Virus record (IMG/VR): IMGVR_UViG_3300037520_001345
Source: an uncultured virus (IMG/VR IMGVR_UViG_3300037520_001345)
Taxonomy: Duplodnaviria > Heunggongvirae > Uroviricota > Caudoviricetes
Direction: 5' to 3' (one strand)
DNA: 64,000 nt
Made by a program: the position numbers and the translations under genes. Below the pieces are notes generated by a model. It searched no databases. It was not told the origin of the DNA and worked only from the letters and a program-made list of their open reading frames with translations. This document shows, in pieces, positions 61,301 through 64,000 of this stretch (positions are counted from its first letter, which is position 1; each line of letters starts with the position of its first letter).

Positions 61301-64000
61301 CCCGAATCTGCCTAATGTTGTATTAACGTTAGATAATCCTTTAGACATTTCATCCAATTGACTATATAGCATTAATCCTGTGCCTAATCCGGTTGTGGCT
61401 GTTTCTAAACCTGCTGCAAGACCGGCTGATTCTGCACTACTTTTCCTGTCTATACCTTGTGCTAATATGCCCCCAAACATTTGAATACCAAAAGCTCCTG
61501 TCATCATAGCTTGAGAACCTATTCCAGTACGACCCGGACCAGATGCTCCTCTAGTTTCGTTAAGTGTGTCTCGACGAATCCTTGCTTCTTGTTGAGCCAT
61601 TCTTCTGGCTTCTTCTAAAATTCTATTTCTATCACCTCCGAAACGACCTTCTGCTGTTAGTTGTCTTGTTAATTCAGCTCTTCTTCTAGTTTCAAAAGCT
61701 CTATTCATTTGTTCAAATGTTCTTGGATCTCCCATAGCAGTATTAATATATTGTCTAAGATCATTACCGCTTAATCCTGCTGTTTGTGTTGGTGATAATC
61801 CAGCTCTTTGAGCTGCTCTTCCATATGAAACGCTTTCTGCTCGTCTCATAAAAGTATCATCAAGATCACGACCACTTGCTTGACGTCTTTGAATCATAGC
61901 TTGTAAGTTTTGCTGTGCATCATAATCTATTGTTTCTAATTGACCACCATTAACTCCAGCTAATTGTCTTTGAGCTCTGACTTGAGCCGCTGCTTGCTGT
62001 CTGATATTAGCAAGTCTTGTTTCAGCTTCTATAACAGTTCTCATTGGTGCGCCAGAAACTCTTAATCTTAAAATATCTGCTTCATATGCTCTTGTAGCAG
62101 CTTCTACACTAATTTGTCCTCCTCTACGCAAGATATTGGCTGAGTCCGAAGACCTAACTCCTAATTCTTCTAGGGCATCTATCATCTGACCAAGACCTGT
62201 TACCACGCCGTCCGGAATGCGTAAATTCTCAAAAGAAGCTTGTGCTCCCGGTCTAGCTGGAACTCTTGGACCACCACCAAAGAAAAATCTTTGTACGGCA
62301 CCTCCAGCAGCGAAATTCTGTACGGTTCCTACCGGACCTCCTTTGTTAAATCCTTTAATTTTATCTGCTCTATTAAGAGTATGTAATCTACTAGATCCTA
62401 AACTACTAGCAGCTTTTTTATTAATTACAAACTCACCCGGAGTTAATAAAGCAGGAACAGTGTCTTGAACGGATCCTCCAGTAGCATACTGCTGAACATT
62501 AGCCCAAAGATTATGTCTCCCCATTAAATCTACGTATTTTGCTGTATTTACTCTAAATTTAGAACGAGGAGAAAGCATGAATTCGTTTTCTTCATTGGGT
62601 TGTTTCATGAAGAACGTTTCGGTTTTGCCTGTTCTTGGATTAATATCTTGTTTGGTTACATTAATTTTACGATCTTTTAATTGTTCGGCAACATCTACTC
62701 CTTGAGCATTCTTTTTTGTTTTTACAGTAAGCATAGCTGCCCAATTATCTTTTGCTCTTGGAGCATTATCTAAGAATGATTTGGCAACTGCGTAGTTTTT
62801 ACTTGTAGAAATGAATCCCGGAAGACTAAAAGTTTTACCAATAATTTTAGCTACTTCTGGAGCATAATATGCTTGTTTAGCATTAAATTTGGTTCCTTGT
62901 GGAATATCTGGATTTTTATTTAATCCAGTATCCATAGCAAATTTATCAAATGCATTACGAGATATTGAAGTATATAATTCCTCTGGTGCTTCTGTGCGAA
63001 GTTTACGTAAATTTCTAACATCTGAAGCTAATTGTTTTCTGTCCTCTTTATTTAATGATTTGCTATTAGACAAACCAAGATTAATTGGAGTAGCGTCTGT
63101 GTAGTATCTTTCTAGTGTGTCTAAAGGTTTTGATAAGCCTCCAGAAGCAAATTTTTGAACTACTCCTCCAAGATTATATCCTTTAACATTTTTAAGATAA
63201 GTAACAATATTATCCTCTACTGTTGATGGACCACTAATTGTTCTTTTTGCATCAGTGGGGATGTTTCCTGGTATATTAAAATATTTAGCTGCTCCCTTAA
63301 GTCCATTAGGAAAATCTAAACCTTGGCCTTTTAGAGCTGATGGTCCTCCTAATTGTTCGATCATTCTTTCAAAGATAACTCCTTGGGCTGTAGCATCAGC
63401 ATTAGTATTTTTTATACTTTTTCTATTACCATACCTATATGACGTAATTCCTTCTGTTGATCTAGCTTTGGCCGCTTTCACATTTCTAACATCATCATCA
63501 ACAAATACTGATCCTGGACTAAGTAATTCCGCTTTAAGTTTAGCTATTTGAGAACCAGAAACTCCTGGACCTCCCAATCCCTTGAATTGAGATAATGGAA
63601 TAGGTAATCCTTGAGAAGATAACCACTGATGAACAAGGTCTAATGTTGATGATGGACGAGCTGTAATTAGTCTTAGACTACTAAGTAATTCAGGTTTTTT
63701 AGAAACCATGCCAACTAATTCTCTACCTAATAAACTAAGCTTTGCTCCTTTAAGAGCGGCTGCTACTTTAGTTCTATCTCCAAACTCAGCAAACTTTGGA
63801 GTTTTTGGATCAGCCAACACTTTATCTGCTCCAAAAGCTAATGTTCTGTCAAAATCCAAATTCAATTCTCTACCAAGACCAAGATTAGATAAAATATCAG
63901 CCACCATTACTTTTTTAGCAGCTTGTTTGGCAGTTTTGTTAACAGAGGAAGAAAAAGACTGGTCCAGAGAAGCTGCTGTATCTGGATTCATAAGTCCACT
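49379..64000 (-). CDS. Giant tape-measure-like polyvalent protein (>4870 aa; frame open to the window edge, so 5'-truncated)
   Basis: Helical core with TM segments (~58870-62270); seven GTDTVPAMLTPGEFV modules typical of tape-measure C-termini; embedded enzyme motifs; directly upstream of tail genes. Confidence 0.8.
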   Translation of the reverse strand, partial: SGLMNPDTAASLDQSFSSSVNKTAKQAAKKVMVADILSNLGLGRELNLDFDRTLAFGADKVLADPKTPKFAEFGDRTKVAAALKGAKLSLLGRELVGMVSKKPELLSSLRLITARPSSTLDLVHQWLSSQGLPIPLSQFKGLGGPGVSGSQIAKLKAELLSPGSVFVDDDVRNVKAAKARSTEGITSYRYGNRKSIKNTNADATAQGVIFERMIEQLGGPSALKGQGLDFPNGLKGAAKYFNIPGNIPTDAKRTISGPSTVEDNIVTYLKNVKGYNLGGVVQKFASGGLSKPLDTLERYYTDATPINLGLSNSKSLNKEDRKQLASDVRNLRKLRTEAPEELYTSISRNAFDKFAMDTGLNKNPDIPQGTKFNAKQAYYAPEVAKIIGKTFSLPGFISTSKNYAVAKSFLDNAPRAKDNWAAMLTVKTKKNAQGVDVAEQLKDRKINVTKQDINPRTGKTETFFMKQPNEENEFMLSPRSKFRVNTAKYVDLMGRHNLWANVQQYATGGSVQDTVPALLTPGEFVINKKAASSLGSSRLHTLNRADKIKGFNKGGPVGTVQNFAAGGAVQRFFFGGGPRVPARPGAQASFENLRIPDGVVTGLGQMIDALEELGVRSSDSANILRRGGQISVEAATRAYEADILRLRVSGAPMRTVIEAETRLANIRQQAAAQVRAQRQLAGVNGGQLETIDYDAQQNLQAMIQRRQASGRDLDDTFMRRAESVSYGRAAQRAGLSPTQTAGLSGNDLRQYINTAMGDPRTFEQMNRAFETRRRAELTRQLTAEGRFGGDRNRILEEARRMAQQEARIRRDTLNETRGASGPGRTGIGSQAMMTGAFGIQMFGGILAQGIDRKSSAESAGLAAGLETATTGLGTGLMLYSQLDEMSKGLSNVNTTLGRFGSGLTRVAARLTALGAAAFTIVSTIKDVVNAMNQFDIDLQKQKLEFSMKGVEQEFERLRKAANNIGFDRLNSALESASKAFASALDRVSKQSTITFTNLLDYIYTSMPYFGTGDTEGFDKRSEIERLGGKKAYYASRSDERSLADEYKKIIPQLAQEQAALGKALSDSLLESFKERAYKGESFQDIVNDPNFKSFAESLANADAVIRQRILELENSGLDGAVIEKEKKRIIDAAAQEKTRQQVLITIRDKEAKSVQRFTAVYTGSLIRMFRNMEQAIAATSFSLQQMQQSIDGNIAALNGQASLQSTELGLSNVLNNPRSYNDFQGSQARATAGGFFGPSSNIVQSLLSVGETAESTVMKTVNSVLAQNPEANDEVISMKIDANLRQALKDLGLPPELSEKIAEQVGRAVGELRKSGEDKVSFSEIQDKVASLSKVLDTAQNVQGIVSKALESFGAALDSYRNNINKTIDLEISRRDKLRRADDILVNANVELAKVLGKTIDLDQSRQRLQNKTKSFTGGSVDPREIFNSILDLDALRRRQESSRAQVAERGPAGVPDFARLSNNVKDTSIALRENISGLKLLAESTEFASDAMQKMQDAQQRIGGKVSFIEKLVTSTPEELSGLNMSFVRLQRNMNGQINTINNSIGAQKAYREALNNGANVFEAMKSAQAAFANERKDTLGVLQDLLPFLGDSKQGSNVRANVLESMLQESGIGITPMFMDVLNSLRNPEVDPAVSAALAYYNEANALQAQANRYLANLEGTLAQDIADRSAKALSLALSKTQLTFVNAHLADIAAGINRLAPLQPQGKASGGIIYAAAGQMVDFSAKGTDTVPAMLTPGEFVVNRQATSRNRGLLESINSNKYSKGGKVRYYDKGGFVHDLGDETIFTKSARQSTTEIIDLNTPAAIAGLTKAKSALYQAPTVYTFLNSPKQTPKADDNTLTLDLKDLEPDAGTRVVPGMGPILMKYTDEEGATKVDYQIWDRAEAALSRFAGIKDEKSFFHTDGSDSLSTIKLNELELEKYKKKAKDNNIDWSLAKYNLDLNNFGSMPFPSDFTGDGDKFATTIVKGKSLGIAKERQAGAGPALSDERKNMYKIWKPKRGGETDVVSTNFPNFAMGTPYASTDFEQKREAGTSLVMSNWEKDVIAFDKLGALKDSNDESYQKYENTANFLRAPAFDDKGKVDAKTLEIQNQLSKLYNGSVGEIFPGADVISRYFDQLRITGTANSLAIFNPGAVPALNKTIEELAANPIIAKNRDLMFSGAGLKATDAAGNALPFVDPGPPQGIRIKELDDLGAIRQRSKAFPYVINGKLDDLDPVLRQQLEAQLAAANPGDIKMTRLPEENLAVPVPAAWGLQQLLGGNPNMDLKIAYDEWEGKLYDPINKQFEPAATKLFLPSNTGGTLFEGINPAILDKRRIGLFPGAKYTPADINKALNAVALPNADVQKYINSILTDPTKPDGAAKTNLQKAMIGQLDSSFIKSLEMVFPGLDTLVSPVSNQPFGIEMGEHILSQIDRVRARAGNQADSIANKGFKNLTVDDQNIPEALRRMSKSALQIFGRARVPGTRNGWLASYIGKVPNLQKINAGQAKNISGYAANVMENFGGYLSSISNSIRRPDQFQYLKEVYTVASGAAKAFAGLASGDTGLLAQFNMVGSDYMSLFRTLGGTMLMSRLSGLQLSPDWQNILGAQIQNGLVRTVSPNGTLGRQQMVDAIPTDLMGLIKLLFNPYNEFADVNTRKDLMDKFVNDISSFKGSNGLPYFDQFTLKYLVDRVNVLKEWYGGNPGWVGQDFLFDKVGNPDNVARSNTFQASLAANLPLRSQANIAHTTLGLAKTFGELPDQNWFGGRVVQGFQTGGVVNSVAAQSGGMINFQPRGTDTVPAMLTPGEFVINRQAAQSNLPLLQQINSGKAYSRGGVVYAQFGGEIDQNVGVGTDEQMMRDQEMKAGYEAKIRRENRANKIATITEAMEKYPQLILDLRDTVRPVTVFDMMSTNKFKTTTKFDEAIARVRLQDPVLAKELFSHRLTVPGIVSSLHEELDNYKRISGFDGKYGTWDDTEFLDDISMTLAGLGLIPAIGNIFDLASIPIDLLRGDTTSAGLSSLSLIEGVGQAAGATKMANLATASTAGMAGIFATRAANKGINYEGASNIFDLINKIKANSNLDPASRRLKILDTLQTALSGKTNSAKATEAYEKAITDLRILGQGHPDSKGINDLIQLLDKTAYPAQGSKGAGIGKYLFNKTTATAAVAVAALAYYASLDKKNVDQATRKQASEEEIEASIPDVSGKQVTAQESDDVRKGVATPEVKEKVEKWKEKTASPEDKDAAEKLAAIEKIIERYPVNDIKGNPSRIGPVKQKTLEKTYPDLSQRLRVYEQTERDLKDDPSLVHRARGGMIYANNGMMIPYSPRGTDTVPAMLTPGEFVVNRASTQANLPLLQAINNNQVISSIKGFTNGGIVYAADGGTIPTKPDGSADTNFNARKAKRTAYLQRQIEKEEKAEFIDKLGILYNDTTDKQDIIEALKKQRDYKSKIDYYLRQFSVDNQLGIRLKRFPRISEASKSILAKEQQPKANPFDQGQQPAATPQSLSRGGVIYAAEGFDPSRPLNPMMNRHGKGPTSTLPQQPITNFDSEKLAEEGKAFIYGAAKSVLPGLAGLGAGVLGLPTTGFGGFALAGLASAATYQAQENYLNALAPETNRQMKDTTEEHWQSSLLGSMVGGFGADRIGRNLLGSSIKNTVRIPSLRPNNNASVRPDMKSAGQEALEEFSLRSRPAMSAPLDVPKASKTMSLFHASNTGLENSILKSFQKEGGKSSIAKGYGQGQGLYTYTSREAAEKHARSIIKGNMLTGADARGKPMIVKFDETLDPSRFDLDYELNAGYVTKWLYDHFDDVQKILSDQKNPMLLERMMDPGAMGREAQKGIRTSVPTAIGGLDFLEQRATGLAPRKWIYGSQTDYTTRDGEILSRIMSAVGKRDPKLLAKFKEGFFETMPAESAIKYTGSDNLMPSNIDVLAKARGGIIYASTGTLVNYQPRGTDTVPAMLTPGEFVVNRAATQKHLPLLKSINSGGTATGYSNGGPVYLAAGGVADFEDAQFVPSATAKNRAQAKAKAQQKQQERKQEIEKNKQARQNQDVDRLEGITEVRVKNGVDKISALTVNEVKALFKNKDFITSLENNSSLNLGNLKNLPPTVAQEIFKQLSANRLAWITDFNFDSLNSLDQSSANLFKEHMASRISAKGLTEPPMSLVKYFVDNALEDSGGGSSTDLSSPTIGGRFLTGIDLTPMIKEYYSQLDPDKFGQQFGQDKLKLEDMEQTSASSIFSELSSGNFTNPYVSSNLAKIKTIIQRNPEQKDDLENIIARTGALDLNGLSKIEDSALKDLLDFCVDQNLPIGAVSFGADKFNGQLIDLMSSYRDIISLFIYGTDINQSLADGIGRSTLGDIHLQEMQNMSLGTARSLSLFSGKLSMHSLESVDEAALRIFAEAGTEIFPRELLAQLANKPPVQNRANGGLIYASQGTLVNYQPRGTDTVPAMLTPGEFVINREATQQNLGLLQAINKGQDITNHLSDGGIVNPIYRPGGGPVGMSYKEILAEREANYKKQQADRRQAYKDQRGLNQAGLSRLAMFIVNQINTNPNLFEELNNDAIKEDLSADTIAQNYIQEFQKIADPAQRYNTAKGRYVQQTNRFNYLKTIIQNTKGALTQLKDKDKNYKIPQRGNITLGTILDTQFQTASQEASIMDQVWQKIGNTFPEFKNQDPTRGQQFVPPAAMMNKGGVVYASNGMLVNYQPQGSDTVPAMLTPGEFVVNRNAAQKHLGLLQGINNGYYSGGGRVKYLADGTPGTDVLQQNIAQLSSVLQLGAESINASLTGLSTTLNGIRENLSGGNTDNRVSGVSNNTNNNPIAAINALGTKLDQFIERLQTALPPVINVKLTQDQPINVTINGANVLQNLLSGPIGGIIQNAIQSAFDARSRTSEGSSS
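49805..50008 (-). repeat. TMP spacer module R7
   Basis: MNKGGVVYASNGMLVNYQPQGSDTVPAMLTPGEFVVNR...YSGGGRVKYLADG. Confidence 0.92.
50576..50803 (-). repeat. TMP spacer module R6
   Basis: RANGGLIYASQGTLVNYQPRGTDTVPAMLTPGEFVINR...LSDGG. Confidence 0.92.
52058..52273 (-). repeat. TMP spacer module R5
   Basis: KARGGIIYASTGTLVNYQPRGTDTVPAMLTPGEFVVNR...YSNGGPVYLAAGG. Confidence 0.92.
53915..54139 (-). repeat. TMP spacer module R4
   Basis: RARGGMIYANNG...PRGTDTVPAMLTPGEFVVNR...LLQAIN...FTNGGIVYAADGG. Confidence 0.92.
55532..55747 (-). repeat. TMP spacer module R3
   Basis: FQTGG...QPRGTDTVPAMLTPGEFVINR...LLQQIN..YSRGGVVYAQFGG. Confidence 0.92.
58668..58873 (-). repeat. TMP spacer module R2
   Basis: KASGGIIYAAAG...GTDTVPAMLTPGEFVVNR...LLESIN...YSKGG..YYDKGG. 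Confidence 0.92.
62271..62488 (-). repeat. TMP spacer module R1
   Basis: YATGGSVQDTVPALLTPGEFVINK...FNKGG...FAAGG...FFFGG. Confidence 0.9.

Noticed and set aside
49805..62488. TMP repeats as a CRISPR array, integron attC sites or inteins
   Set aside because: They are in-frame coding repeats with synonymous divergence, spaced 0.6-3.4 kb apart, with no Hint motifs or palindromic structure.
30320..63551. Short + strand ORFs antisense to the tail genes (e.g. 56859..57383) and short - strand ORFs in the left arm
   Set aside because: They are shadow ORFs fully overlapping long genes, with no motifs or ribosome-binding sites.
1..64000. Stop-codon reassignment
   Set aside because: The standard code gives long, tightly packed ORFs, and TAA, TGA and TAG all terminate genes.

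Overview
AT-rich, gene-dense segment of a large tailed dsDNA phage genome, read in the standard genetic code. No tRNA, CRISPR array, intein, reverse transcriptase or integrase was seen. The + strand arm (1-27960) covers nucleotide metabolism, replication, recombination and glycosylation: dCMP deaminase, class II RNR, PhoH, HNH, RecA, DnaB, DnaG, dNMP kinase, a Cas4/AddB-like nuclease, a DnaE split into two genes around a DnaQ gene, SSB, and a glycosyltransferase cluster. The convergent - strand arm (27929-64000) is a tail module with Cys/Tyr-rich proteins, fibre-like proteins and a giant (>4870 aa, 5'-truncated) tape-measure-like protein. The main candidate for an undescribed system is this giant protein. 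Seven copies of a conserved ~70-aa GG...GTDTVPAMLTPGEFVVN...GG module punctuate it and bracket unrelated cargo domains: two different ADP-ribosyltransferase folds, a HAD phosphatase, a possible PD-(D/E)xK nuclease, a pre-toxin TG-like segment and leucine-rich repeats. This looks like a cassette-style scaffold that delivers effectors from the virion. A Planctomycetota/PVC-type host is a weak inference. All calls come from reading motifs by eye; no searches were run.
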